A stretch of DNA of 64,000 nucleotides. Source: Candidatus Latescibacterota bacterium (lineage in GTDB: Bacteria; Latescibacterota; UBA2968). Location of the stretch: positions 256,001-320,000 of the forward strand of contig OZ220741.1 in NCBI GenBank assembly GCA_965116885.1, read 5' to 3'. Position numbers and translations under genes: made by a program. Positions 42,622 through 52,005 of the stretch are shown piece after piece; within the stretch, counting starts at the first letter, position 1, and the number at the start of each line of letters is the position of its first letter. A model generated the notes under the pieces. That model worked only from the letters and a program-made list of their open reading frames with translations. It was not told the DNA's origin and did no database searches.

Positions 42622-43428
42622 TCAATAACTTACGCCCTGCACACCCGGTGGCATCTTAGGCGGCAAGGGCTGAACAATTTTGCGACGTTCGGGCGTCAAA
42701 CGCGCAATCAACTCGGGCGAAGGCTGATAGCCGTATCGGTCATTGCCCCAGTGCGGACCATAGCGAATAATAGCAACGCGTCGTTCCCCCGGGCGCGTGC
42801 GCTCTGACGAACCGTGCGCCATACAATCCACAAAAAAAATCGCATCCCCCGCATTGAGCTGAATCTGAACAGCAGCTTCAACGCGATCCAGCGAATGCCC
42901 ACTACCCGTACCCCTGGGATCATTAAACGCAGGATGAAGCAAATTGGACTTATGCGAACCGGGAATCGCCATCGTCGCCCCATCGCCATCTCCAATATCA
43001 TTCAAGGCCAGCAAAATATTGATCTGTCCACACCGAAACTGATTGTTGTGAAAGCGAAACTGCGTGCGGATACGCCGCTTATGCGCACCCGAATGAATGC
43101 GCGTCGCTCCGCCCCGAGACCGAATATCGATAAATGACTCATCGATAAAAAGACCATCATCCCCACCGACAAAGCGCCTCATGTGATGAACCCACGGTGG
43201 ATGATCAATCAGGCGTTCAAAAGCTTCACCCATCTCAAAAATATTGTGCAAATGTCGTGCGCCCCCGCTCCGATGAACCCACCCCCGCCATCCATCGGGT
43301 TCGAGGTCGTCATACGTATCGATAATCTCATTGAGTTCGACGAGATGCTCGGCATCCACGGCATTTTTCAGCACAATATACCCGCGCAAATCAAAAAGGT
43401 ACTCTTCCATTTCAGTCGGTCGCATCAT
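42622..43428 (-). CDS. PhyH-family Fe(II)/2OG oxygenase with HxG motif
   Basis: YLFDLRGYIVLKNA, IHSGA, GATMAIPGSHK, AHGS, R. Confidence 0.85.
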   Translation of the reverse strand: MMRPTEMEEYLFDLRGYIVLKNAVDAEHLVELNEIIDTYDDLEPDGWRGWVHRSGGARHLHNIFEMGEAFERLIDHPPWVHHMRRFVGGDDGLFIDESFIDIRSRGGATRIHSGAHKRRIRTQFRFHNNQFRCGQINILLALNDIGDGDGATMAIPGSHKSNLLHPAFNDPRGTGSGHSLDRVEAAVQIQLNAGDAIFFVDCMAHGSSERTRPGERRVAIIRYGPHWGNDRYGYQPSPELIARLTPERRKIVQPLPPKMPPGVQGVSY

Positions 43429-44101
43429 TTCCCCCAAGAATATTGCACAACTCCGACAAACTACTGATCTCATAATCAGGCTCCGGAATACCATCCCGCC
43501 GCACAGCCCCATCCCGGTTGAGCCATGCAATAGAGATACCAGCCCGCCTTGCACCCACAATATCGTCCTCCTGAGAATCGCCGACATACAGAGTCTGGTC
43601 GGGATCGGCGCTGAGAGCCTCAAAAGCACAAAAGAAAATATCGGGATTCGGCTTATAACACCGCGCGGACTCCGAACTGATCACAACCGGAAAACTCAGA
43701 TCATTAGCACGCAAAGCAGACATGAGATGCCCGTGATCCGCATTGGAAATCACACCCGTTTTCACATCGGACAGTGCATCAATAGCCGGTATCACATCGC
43801 AAAACAAGGGCACACGGCCAAAAGCATCAAAAAGACCTGCCGTATAAGACTCGGGATTCGCCCGCACATTCAAATCGGCAAACGTCTTCTCCAGGCCAAT
43901 AATATGCGCGTCCCAAAACGAAATAAAATCTCCCTCTCTCAACAGAGGAAAAAAGTAGCGATCCCAGTGATCGAGAAACGCCTCTTTACTCATATCGATC
44001 TGCAAATCATCCACAATAATCTGACACGTCTCGTACAGCGCATCAAAAGCTGTGTCAAAAAGCGTCCCATACCCATCAAAAAAAATCGTCCTGTACATCA
44101 C
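43412..44101 (-). CDS. HAD-superfamily hydrolase (haloacid dehalogenase-like)
   Basis: FFDGYGTLFD, ISNAD, YKPNP, YVGDSQEDDIVGA. Confidence 0.9.
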   Translation of the reverse strand: MMYRTIFFDGYGTLFDTAFDALYETCQIIVDDLQIDMSKEAFLDHWDRYFFPLLREGDFISFWDAHIIGLEKTFADLNVRANPESYTAGLFDAFGRVPLFCDVIPAIDALSDVKTGVISNADHGHLMSALRANDLSFPVVISSESARCYKPNPDIFFCAFEALSADPDQTLYVGDSQEDDIVGARRAGISIAWLNRDGAVRRDGIPEPDYEISSLSELCNILGGNDATD

Positions 44102-44844
44102 CGATAATCCTCCGCATCCCCCTCGGGTTCAAAACCGAGCACATCGCGCGCATGTGTCATATCCCGATAGCTGTATTTGTTATTCGAAACCACATAAAAA
44201 ATATCAAACTTGAGATCATCGGATACCTCAATGCACGACTCGACCATACCAGCAATCGTACTTTGACTGCACCACACAGAATAACCCCGCGTCCCATTGG
44301 GCCGATCCTCGGCATTCACCGCACCAATACGCAGACAAATAACAGACAGATCCGTACTATCGGCATAATGCCGCGCCAAAGCCTCGCCCCAGACCTTCGT
44401 ACACCCGTAAATCCCACGCGGACGCGTGGGCGTCTGGTGTGAAAACTTATCCCATGTCTCGGGCACCTCGTCGTATCGCCCCGACACAATTGCACCATAA
44501 GGCAAATCGTTCTCCCAACCCGCTGTCACCGACCCGCTACTGGCAAAAATAACGCGCTTGACCCCGGCGCGGAGCGCCGCTTCAAAAACATTATAAGTCC
44601 CCACAATATTGTGCGCGACAAACCCCTCAAAATCGCTTCTAATCGCAGCAGCCAGATGCACAACCGTATCAACCCCCTCAAACGCCGGACAAATCGCGTC
44701 AAAATCCGAAATATCAGCACGCCGGCAATCCACGCCAGCCACATCGCGGCGATTCAGCGCGCGAAGCTCATACTTGCCCTCAAGCCGCTCGCGAACAGCC
44801 CCGCCAATAAGCCCACTCATACCTGTAATGAGAATTTTTTTCAT
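44098..44844 (-). CDS. NAD-dependent epimerase/dehydrogenase (uronate dehydrogenase-like)
   Basis: ITGMSGLIG, VVHLAA, FASS, YGCTKVWGE, CLRIG. Confidence 0.88.
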   Translation of the reverse strand: MKKILITGMSGLIGGAVRERLEGKYELRALNRRDVAGVDCRRADISDFDAICPAFEGVDTVVHLAAAIRSDFEGFVAHNIVGTYNVFEAALRAGVKRVIFASSGSVTAGWENDLPYGAIVSGRYDEVPETWDKFSHQTPTRPRGIYGCTKVWGEALARHYADSTDLSVICLRIGAVNAEDRPNGTRGYSVWCSQSTIAGMVESCIEVSDDLKFDIFYVVSNNKYSYRDMTHARDVLGFEPEGDAEDYR

Positions 44845-44890
44845 GTGTTATCTCCCTGAACGTTTCACTTCTCTGTAAAACCACATCAGC

Positions 44891-44966
44891 GGGCGACCAC
44901 AGGGGGTCGCCCCTACAAACACCGGATTAACAATATTGTCGTAGGGGACGGCCCCTGTGCCGTCCC
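44891..44966. repeat. REP doublet: type A (44891-44916) plus inverted type B (44941-44966)
   Basis: GGGCGACCACAGGGGGTCGCCCCTAC and GTAGGGGACGGCCCCTGTGCCGTCCC. Confidence 0.85.
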
Positions 44967-45076
44967 CAGCAATCAGCCCTTATCGCATCCTCAATCAGAA
45001 TACATTGAGAATCGGAATTTATCAAGACTGATTTTGCTTGTGGTTCTCTCTTCTTATGCCCGAAGCCAAATCTACG

Positions 45077-45139
45077 GAAGCCATCAGTAAAGCCCCAATA
45101 GAAAAAGCCCAACGATTTGAAAAGGCCGTTGGGCTTTAA
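45077..45139 (-). terminator. terminator-containing ~63-bp repeat, copy 1
   Basis: AAAGCCCAACG..CGTTGGGCTTT hairpin; flank homologous to 46357-46419. Confidence 0.7.
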
Positions 45140-45173
45140 AAAAATAAGATCCGATTGAACGGTTTGCTGGCTG

Positions 45174-45446
45174 TCAAACCGGGCTGTGATGTTCTGTTTG
45201 AGACACTACAGGAACAACCTCTCGAATGGCATCCCAATCAATCACAGCAACCCACAGATTTTCTTTTTGGGAGAATCTAACCACACCATCCACTTCTAAA
45301 TCTTCGCTATAAAGGATCAGCGATTGTCCTTCTTTCAAAAAAATTTTCTGACATGCAAGGTCTTCTACAGTCCCAGCGCAGTTCAAACGCAACCTGCCTT
45401 GTGCATCCGCGTTATGAAAGTCTGCGAACACTCTTGGTTTTTTCAT
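45174..45446 (-). CDS. hypothetical protein (90 aa)
   Basis: GGAG RBS; globular-looking ORF MKKPRVFADFHNAD..WVAVIDW followed by terminator. Confidence 0.7.
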   Translation of the reverse strand: MKKPRVFADFHNADAQGRLRLNCAGTVEDLACQKIFLKEGQSLILYSEDLEVDGVVRFSQKENLWVAVIDWDAIREVVPVVSQTEHHSPV

Positions 45447-45495
45447 TTTTACTTCTCCCGTGCAGGATTTGGAATTGAAGGAGATATAGCCCCTA

Positions 45496-45645
45496 TCAAG
45501 TATCTGTCAACACCTGACGCTCTAAAACTCGCACCTCTGCTTCCCGGAGATCCAGATCGCGTACATGGATCACATCAATACCAAAGGTATCATGAATCCA
45601 GGGCGCAAGTTGGGGTGAGATATGAGCATCGAGCCACAGGATCAT
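45496..45645 (-). pseudogene. truncated DUF5615/PIN-like toxin fused in frame to a HigA C-terminal tail (49 aa)
   Basis: ATG overlaps DUF433 stop (ATGA); MILWLDAHISPQLAPWIHDTFGIDVIHVRDLDLREAE then VRVLERQVLTDT*. Confidence 0.8.
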
Positions 45646-45866
45646 GCAGCGAGAACCGGATGGTTAAGCCGATCACTGGCAAATCGCAAACAGGCGCGAA
45701 TGTCCTCAGGTTCAAGGTCTGGATGCTCTGATAGAATTTGTTCACGGGTCAAGTCGTGAGAGAGCAAATCCAGCACATCCGTGACGCGAATCCGCATACC
45801 CCGAATACAGGGTCGTCCCCCGCACTGATTGGGATTGACCGTGATACGATCTGTTAGAGTAGCCAT
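45642..45866 (-). CDS. DUF433 family antitoxin
   Basis: RITVNPNQCGGRPCIRGMRIRVTDVLDLL..PDLEPEDIRACL. Confidence 0.93.
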   Translation of the reverse strand: MATLTDRITVNPNQCGGRPCIRGMRIRVTDVLDLLSHDLTREQILSEHPDLEPEDIRACLRFASDRLNHPVLAA

Positions 45867-45930
45867 AGCTGTCCTTTCTTACACAAAATCTTTGTCCAGC
45901 ACCGCTGACACAGAGGAAATATAGTCCCTA

Positions 45931-46242
45931 TCAGACATCCGTCAACACCTGATGCTCTAAAACTCGCACCTCAGCCTCCAATCGCTCACCGAGGCGATCT
46001 TTCTCCAACTCTAAATTGTAGCGTGTCTGAAGATTGAGCCAGAACCGATCTGTGGTTCCAAAGTAGCGCGCCAGCCGAAGCGCAGTGTCTGCCGAAATAG
46101 CACGCTTGCCGTGAACAATCTCGTTAATCCAGCGAGGGGGAACTGAGATGTCTTTTGCCAAACGATACTGACTAATACTCAGAGGCTCGAGAAACTCCTC
46201 AAGCAAGATCTCTCCCGGATGAATTGGGGACATTGTAGGCAT
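45931..46242 (-). CDS. higA: HigA family antitoxin
   Basis: PIHPGEILLEEFL, ISQYRLAKDI, ADTALRLARYFGTT..FWLNLQ; AGGAGG RBS. Confidence 0.95.
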   Translation of the reverse strand: MPTMSPIHPGEILLEEFLEPLSISQYRLAKDISVPPRWINEIVHGKRAISADTALRLARYFGTTDRFWLNLQTRYNLELEKDRLGERLEAEVRVLEHQVLTDV

Positions 46243-46251
46243 AGAAACCTC

Positions 46252-46296
46252 CTAATGGTAAATGTCAAATGTTATCACAATGACGAAGCAGATGAT
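46252..46296 (-). pseudogene. possible eroded higB 3' remnant
   Basis: Translates IICFVIVITFDIYH* immediately before the higA RBS; HigB ends are typically RICF...DYH*. Confidence 0.4.
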
Positions 46297-46356
46297 TTTT
46301 TTTCCTCGTTAAAGAAAGCCCGTCAGTCAATTATGAGCAACACTAAAAGCACTTGT

Positions 46357-46419
46357 GAAGCCGCCAGTAAGACTCGAATAAAAAAGCCCAACGGTTTGGA
46401 AGACGCCGTTGGACTTCAA
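46357..46419 (-). terminator. terminator-containing ~63-bp repeat, copy 2
   Basis: gaagccgccagtaagactcgaataaaaaagcccaacggtttggaagacgccgttggacttcaa. Confidence 0.7.
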
Positions 46420-46517
46420 GTAGCTTGAAGGAGGTCAAAAGGATCAATCTTCGGGTTCGGCGGGATTGTCTTTTGGGGCAAGGATTTTCCAACTACTGGG
46501 ATATTTTATGCTTTCTC

Positions 46518-47696
46518 TTACTGGCTTAAATGTTCTTTGCAAGACTCTCTGAGTGACCAGAAGGATTCCTCCTCCGCAACAAGTTTTATCAATTCACTTG
46601 CTGCTCCATAGAATCTATCCTCTTGATCTTCGCAAGATTCCGTTCCACAAAAGACATCCAGCATGGGCTTCCGTATGTGAATTGGGTGATATTTATTTTT
46701 TTTTGGTGCTTCGAAATCTTTCAAGTGATCGTAAAACTGCCATCCATCGTTCAACTGTTCTACTTTTTTTGGCAGCAATTCTTCCACCAACTTTTTATAG
46801 CTCTTTTCTTCGGTATAAAAATCATGTAGTGATTCGGAAAAACTAATAATCAAACAGAAATCAGGTCCCTTAACAGGGTCAATTGGCTCTGTTTTATGAT
46901 CTTCGCCATCTACCAAAATACCGACAAATATGCCTCCAGGACCGAGAGGTCCGTCTAAAGATAATAGTTCTAACCCTATCCTTCCATAATAATTATATTT
47001 TCCCCTTTGGAAGAGAATAGATAAATTGTAATCTTCTTTTATCATTTCTTTCCATTCTTTCTTATACTCCTCTCGTCCCTTCACTCTCCTTATGAGGTCG
47101 CTTATATTTTTTTCAAGATCCTTTGTTTCATAATGATATCGTATTGATGTATGAGATATTGGTGCTGGTGGACCTAATCCCTCACTTTTTAGCAGCTGCT
47201 GAAAGTCCCTAAAAAGGAGTTCGTTATTATCTCTTTTCTCCCAATCTGATATTAAATTGTATATATCACTCCAGCATAATGGGAGGTCGGGATCTTGTTC
47301 GTGTTGCTGTTGAGTCGCAGTAATTAGAACGATGCGATATTCGTCGAAGTTCCGTTTGGCGTATTCTTTGTAATTCGCAAGCTGATTTTCGTGAAGATGA
47401 CGCCACATCTTATGTTCAAAGATAATCGCTTTGTTCTCATCTTTAAAATGACAAACCATATCAGGGTATTTGCCGTCAAAACTTTCCTGAGTGAGCCACT
47501 CACAGTCATAGTTTTTAATGCTCCATTCCCTTCCTCTTTCCTTTAGTTCTTCTTCCAAATTTTGTAAAAAAAACTCTCTAAAATCGGGATAATTGTTCAG
47601 AATCCATGCAAAACCTTCGGTGATGAAGTTTTCCAAAGGATCTTGGTTCTCTTTTCGAGAATACCTTCTTAGTGCTTCAAATAAGCCAGTCGCCAT
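46518..47696 (-). CDS. PD-(D/E)XK nuclease family protein
   Basis: ENFITEGFAWIL, YPDM..IFEHK..NQLANY; AT-rich. Confidence 0.8.
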   Translation of the reverse strand: MATGLFEALRRYSRKENQDPLENFITEGFAWILNNYPDFREFFLQNLEEELKERGREWSIKNYDCEWLTQESFDGKYPDMVCHFKDENKAIIFEHKMWRHLHENQLANYKEYAKRNFDEYRIVLITATQQQHEQDPDLPLCWSDIYNLISDWEKRDNNELLFRDFQQLLKSEGLGPPAPISHTSIRYHYETKDLEKNISDLIRRVKGREEYKKEWKEMIKEDYNLSILFQRGKYNYYGRIGLELLSLDGPLGPGGIFVGILVDGEDHKTEPIDPVKGPDFCLIISFSESLHDFYTEEKSYKKLVEELLPKKVEQLNDGWQFYDHLKDFEAPKKNKYHPIHIRKPMLDVFCGTESCEDQEDRFYGAASELIKLVAEEESFWSLRESCKEHLSQ

Positions 47697-47761
47697 TTTC
47701 CTCTACCTTTATATTTTTTTCGCAGTTGAACAATACATCAACCAGTTATCAAAAAATCACA

Positions 47762-47850
47762 CCCTACCGAGCGTCTGTCAACACCTGACACCCTAAAACT
47801 CGCGCCTCAGCCTCCAATCACTCACCGAGGCGATTCTTGTCCAACTCCAA
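47762..47850 (-). pseudogene. degenerate copy of higA 3' end
   Basis: LELDKNRLGE*LEAEARVLGCQVLTDAR* versus HigA LELEKDRLGERLEAEVRVLEHQVLTDV*. Confidence 0.85.
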
Positions 47851-47852
47851 AG

Positions 47853-50800
47853 CTATAGTTGGATTTTTATCTCTTGCAGTTTCTGCTTCTGTTCAGATGA
47901 TATGTCTTGTTTAAGAAGCTTATCAATGAGTTCCTTCAGCCCTGAAAACCATATAGAGTCCTGCAAATTGCGTTTAGATAAATAAATCAACAATTTCGCT
48001 ACTCCATCTGGATAACGCTGCCATAGATCGCTTTCATTTATTTCGTATAACACCCGACAATTTTGTAACGGGATATCCGTGGGCATTTGGACTGCTAAAT
48101 CAACGGCTTCGGGAAATACCGCGGTCAAGTGCAGTAGCCAATTAAGCATATTTTCGAGTTCGCCAGACTCAAGAGCCGGCGGTGGCACAGAGTCTAAACG
48201 ATTCTGCCAATAGTGCTTGAGCCAACGTTGCCACAACTCCTGTTGTGTAGCTTCATCCATATCCTGCAAATGATAACCCAGATTTAACGTAAAGGCCTGC
48301 CTGACCTCTTGACTACTATATTGAAAAAGTTTGGGAATCCACTGAGCAATAGGGCCTTCAACGAAATGTGTGAGCATTTTGGTGTAGCATTCGATAAACT
48401 GGTCGCGTTGATCAAACAGGTCGCTGTCAATCCGCTCAATAGCTTTGAGAAAAAGATCAGCCATAACCTCAGCTACAGCCGAGTTAAGGTGTCCCCAAGC
48501 CAGAAAACCATCCCAAGCTGCTTGGAAATCATTATTGTCCGGATCAAAAAGCGGGAGCAGATTTTCTCGTGTCCATTCCTCATCAACAGCCAGGAGAAAG
48601 GCAAAGTAACTCGCAAGAATTGTCCGTCCAAGCCTACCCGATAGCTTCTGGTCCTGTACGATGTCCGACAGTGCCTGACGATATTCATCACTCAGGACCG
48701 TTGGCTCGGGATCTTGTTGCTTGCGCCAGAGCGAAAACCCCGACAGCCAAAATTGGGCAAGGATTCCCGCAGAGTGGTTATCCTTTTCCTCAATCACTTC
48801 TTCTCGTTCGAGACGACGCCACAAAGCCCTAGCGATCTTATTAGCCTGTGGAAGCAAGTTCAAGGCATAAGAGGTACCACCATCCTTTATCAGCATGTAA
48901 AGTGCATTGGCAATTATATGGCTATATTCGGGGTACAACTCGGTCTTGCCGAGCCAATGGAGTACTTTACTGTGTTTGTCTTCATCCAACTCCATTTCTG
49001 ACCAGGATCGTATCAAGACCGACCAGAGATCAACATCCCACTCTCCAGACCTGGCCAATGCGTCTGCCAAATCAAGACCCCAGTCAAAATCCTGTTTTAC
49101 TGCTTCTGCAATATTAACCAGGAGTTCTCTACGGTTAGGACCACCCCATTCTGAGCCCTGGAATGACAACAAATCATCAAGCCAATCTGCGGCTGATTTT
49201 TCCAGTAATTCTTCAATAGTCCATGGACTTTCATACGTGATAGAGCTACTCCAATGTGTCAAGTCTGGGTGTTCGCTTGGCTCAAATTGAGGATAAGCCG
49301 CTAACACTTTGTCCAAGGCTTGTTTAGCCAGGGCACAATTGGAATCTGATTTATGGAGCCAATCAAACCATGTAAAATGATGATAGGCTGTGAATTCTCT
49401 TCTCCGTTTGGGATCTTCATCGTTCCTCCAGCGATAATCCCACACAGCCTTAATGAGGACCTCTCGATATTGCGAACTGGCATCGGGATAGACTTTCCTT
49501 ATTGCTCGGAATATTTCTTGACGAGTACGTAAATCGTGAAGTCCTATATGTGTTAGAAGCCAATCTATTTTGTTGTCTGCAGTCATGTCTTTGCATTTGG
49601 ATATCCCATACACCGCCAATCGGCGCAACAGTGGCGCATCTGAACCCGCGAGCCGACCACACCAATATGCCGCCGTTTCTACCTGTTCCGAAGCCAGACA
49701 TTTGAGACAGTCGCGGGCTACATCAATTAACACATCAATCGCTTTATGAATCACGTCCTGATCGTGCGGCTCAATGGCCGAGCGAGTATAGCTCTCGCTT
49801 TCCCACTCACGATTTGCCTTTTGCCAGGCATGTGATGTGAGATACCGTTTTTCCAAATGCTTGATAACCCGCTCAAGTAAAGGTTCGGCTACTTGAGATA
49901 ATTTTGGCTTCAGACCACCCGTCCACAGTCTTCCTAATCCGAAGTGGCCACCTATCAGCGGTAATTCCACATCCACAGGAGTACTCTCACTACCCTCATC
50001 ATCACTATTCCGGCTGATACCTTCCTTTAGCCGTAGGCGGCTACTCGCCATCGCATCAAAAACCTGCAGCAGACTATCTAACATTCCGTGCTTAATACAA
50101 CATTCTCCGATCTGACGCAGTAGATCGTCGGTGTTTTCATGTATCGGAGCGGTGTCAAGCAAAAGAGAAATCCAGCGAGATAAAATGTCCTTATCCAAAG
50201 AAGTTTTCTCTTTTACGATAGACCAACCCAAATCACTCCAGAAATACGGATTCAGACGCATATTGTGCTTGCTAATCAGCAGGAACAGCTTATCTGCCTG
50301 GTTGCATGCAAAGTTCTTTGCCAACCACCATGACAAGGCTCGATCCCGCTCGCTGAGTGTGCCGTCCCCAAATAATGCATTTAGAATTCCTCGCTCATCG
50401 AGCCAATCAATCCATTTCGGGTCTGAAGCCGCTTTTGTGAAGAATCGGATCTTTGTTACATCCCCAAGTGCATACTCAATGAGATCCGCTTTTGTCCTGT
50501 CAAAGGGTGGCGGTTTTTCCGCGATCGCAGTAATCTTGCAGTGCCATTCGAGAACACTACGTTGGACAAGATCGGATAGACCACAAACACCCTCGTAGAG
50601 TGCGCCATGATCGTTCTCGTTTGGCTGCGGATAGCTGATCGGTTCAATTCCGCGTACACGCCAACGGTCTGCGTCATCGCTCTTTTCACCGATTAAAGCA
50701 AAGCGCGGTGGAACCTCGCCTCCAGGCAAAGCACGCGCCAGATAGTTCAAGATTACATCCTTGTGGCTATAGCCGACGAAAAGCACTGTGAAAGAATGAA

Positions 50801-51398
50801 ATAAATCGACGAGAAAACGCCGTGCCCATTCCTCAGTCAGATAGGCGCGACCAAAATCAGCGTCCGTAATCACCATCTCGTCAGAATGGCTGACTGCGCC
50901 GTGGACGTGGACGATGCCGTTGAAGCGATACCCCAAGGGCAATGCCGGAGCCCGGAACACATCGGGCTGGTTACTGGTGAAAACATCCTTTGCAGCCTGC
51001 TCAAACAAAAGGTCAAAATTGGTGGTAACGACGCGAACTTGCTCGGCGTTGGAATAAAGCCGTAGAAGATTCCGGTGTAATTCCGTAGCTTCTCGATCTT
51101 GGGGTAATAATCGTGCGGCACGGGCATGAATTTTTACCTGCGCCCGCTGCAATTCTCCGAGGAAATGGTCTATCGGCTCTTCTTCTTGCTCTTTTAAAAT
51201 TTTGCAGGTTTCTTCCGTCGGCTCTTTCTTCTGCAAAGTTTTTCCGGTTCCTTGCGCTATCATATCCGCTAAAGCTTTGAAGCTCGGAAGGCAAGCAGGC
51301 TCACCCATCGAAACGCCAGCTCCAGCGAAAACCACGAGTTTGCCATCGCGCAAAGCGTTTAATAGAGGTTTTGGAAAATCAATATTTGCAATTTTCAT
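47853..51398 (-). CDS. SIR2-domain defence protein with long helical C-terminus (DUF4020/Dsr1-like)
   Basis: VFAGAGVS, VTTNFDLL, HVHG, LFVGYS; C-terminal WQRWLKHYWQNRL..WLLHL..FPEAV. Confidence 0.85.
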   Translation of the reverse strand: MKIANIDFPKPLLNALRDGKLVVFAGAGVSMGEPACLPSFKALADMIAQGTGKTLQKKEPTEETCKILKEQEEEPIDHFLGELQRAQVKIHARAARLLPQDREATELHRNLLRLYSNAEQVRVVTTNFDLLFEQAAKDVFTSNQPDVFRAPALPLGYRFNGIVHVHGAVSHSDEMVITDADFGRAYLTEEWARRFLVDLFHSFTVLFVGYSHKDVILNYLARALPGGEVPPRFALIGEKSDDADRWRVRGIEPISYPQPNENDHGALYEGVCGLSDLVQRSVLEWHCKITAIAEKPPPFDRTKADLIEYALGDVTKIRFFTKAASDPKWIDWLDERGILNALFGDGTLSERDRALSWWLAKNFACNQADKLFLLISKHNMRLNPYFWSDLGWSIVKEKTSLDKDILSRWISLLLDTAPIHENTDDLLRQIGECCIKHGMLDSLLQVFDAMASSRLRLKEGISRNSDDEGSESTPVDVELPLIGGHFGLGRLWTGGLKPKLSQVAEPLLERVIKHLEKRYLTSHAWQKANREWESESYTRSAIEPHDQDVIHKAIDVLIDVARDCLKCLASEQVETAAYWCGRLAGSDAPLLRRLAVYGISKCKDMTADNKIDWLLTHIGLHDLRTRQEIFRAIRKVYPDASSQYREVLIKAVWDYRWRNDEDPKRRREFTAYHHFTWFDWLHKSDSNCALAKQALDKVLAAYPQFEPSEHPDLTHWSSSITYESPWTIEELLEKSAADWLDDLLSFQGSEWGGPNRRELLVNIAEAVKQDFDWGLDLADALARSGEWDVDLWSVLIRSWSEMELDEDKHSKVLHWLGKTELYPEYSHIIANALYMLIKDGGTSYALNLLPQANKIARALWRRLEREEVIEEKDNHSAGILAQFWLSGFSLWRKQQDPEPTVLSDEYRQALSDIVQDQKLSGRLGRTILASYFAFLLAVDEEWTRENLLPLFDPDNNDFQAAWDGFLAWGHLNSAVAEVMADLFLKAIERIDSDLFDQRDQFIECYTKMLTHFVEGPIAQWIPKLFQYSSQEVRQAFTLNLGYHLQDMDEATQQELWQRWLKHYWQNRLDSVPPPALESGELENMLNWLLHLTAVFPEAVDLAVQMPTDIPLQNCRVLYEINESDLWQRYPDGVAKLLIYLSKRNLQDSIWFSGLKELIDKLLKQDISSEQKQKLQEIKIQL

Positions 51399-51408
51399 GT
51401 TTGCTCAA

Positions 51409-52005
51409 CTATGCGGTATTGAGAATACTCTCAACCAATTTGTAAACTGTTGTACTACCGGGTTGACGCGGCCAATCCGCGCAGGGAGGATTATCGCGAA
51501 GTTTGGCTCGACGGACAGCGTTTTGGATCATATCGGGCGTGATCTTTCGGATATCAATATTCTTATCGTAGTCGGGAAGATGTCTCTTCAGCCGTGTGGA
51601 ACATTCGCGTGATGAACCGATCTGGGTACCATCTTCAAAATGGAGTAACAGCCAATACTCAAACCTGGGATTACTAAGGGCGAACCCGTAATTATCCTCA
51701 CCCTGAGACCATGTGTGGAGTTGCACCAACTCTTCATCCTTCCATTGGTCCTTATCTACCACCAGCCAGGCCTCATCCGAGGCCAACAAAATTTCCTGTC
51801 TGAGGCGGTCTTCCATACGCTTCAGGACCTGGATTGGGCTGTGATGTTTGCTTCTTAAGCACTTTACATGGACAACCGAATCACGGTCATTGAAAATGGC
51901 GAAATACTGGGGTTCGGTCTTAACCCCCTCTGTCGCTATAAGAAACAGCTTCCGGTAACGTCGCTTGCCAGGTGGTCTGCGAAATCTACGTCTTCTCGAC
52001 GGCAT
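51409..52005 (-). CDS. RloB family protein
   Basis: [43 protein letters not shown]. Confidence 0.92.
   Translation of the reverse strand: MPSRRRRFRRPPGKRRYRKLFLIATEGVKTEPQYFAIFNDRDSVVHVKCLRSKHHSPIQVLKRMEDRLRQEILLASDEAWLVVDKDQWKDEELVQLHTWSQGEDNYGFALSNPRFEYWLLLHFEDGTQIGSSRECSTRLKRHLPDYDKNIDIRKITPDMIQNAVRRAKLRDNPPCADWPRQPGSTTVYKLVESILNTA

Noticed and set aside
45107..46414. GCCCAAC...GTTGGRC pairs matching integron attC R''/R' cores (45107-45134, 46386-46414)
   Set aside because: Only 28-29 bp long, no L boxes and no integrase; better explained as terminator stems
45478..47850. Repeats as a CRISPR array
   Set aside because: Irregular gene-sized spacing, coding origin, no cas genes
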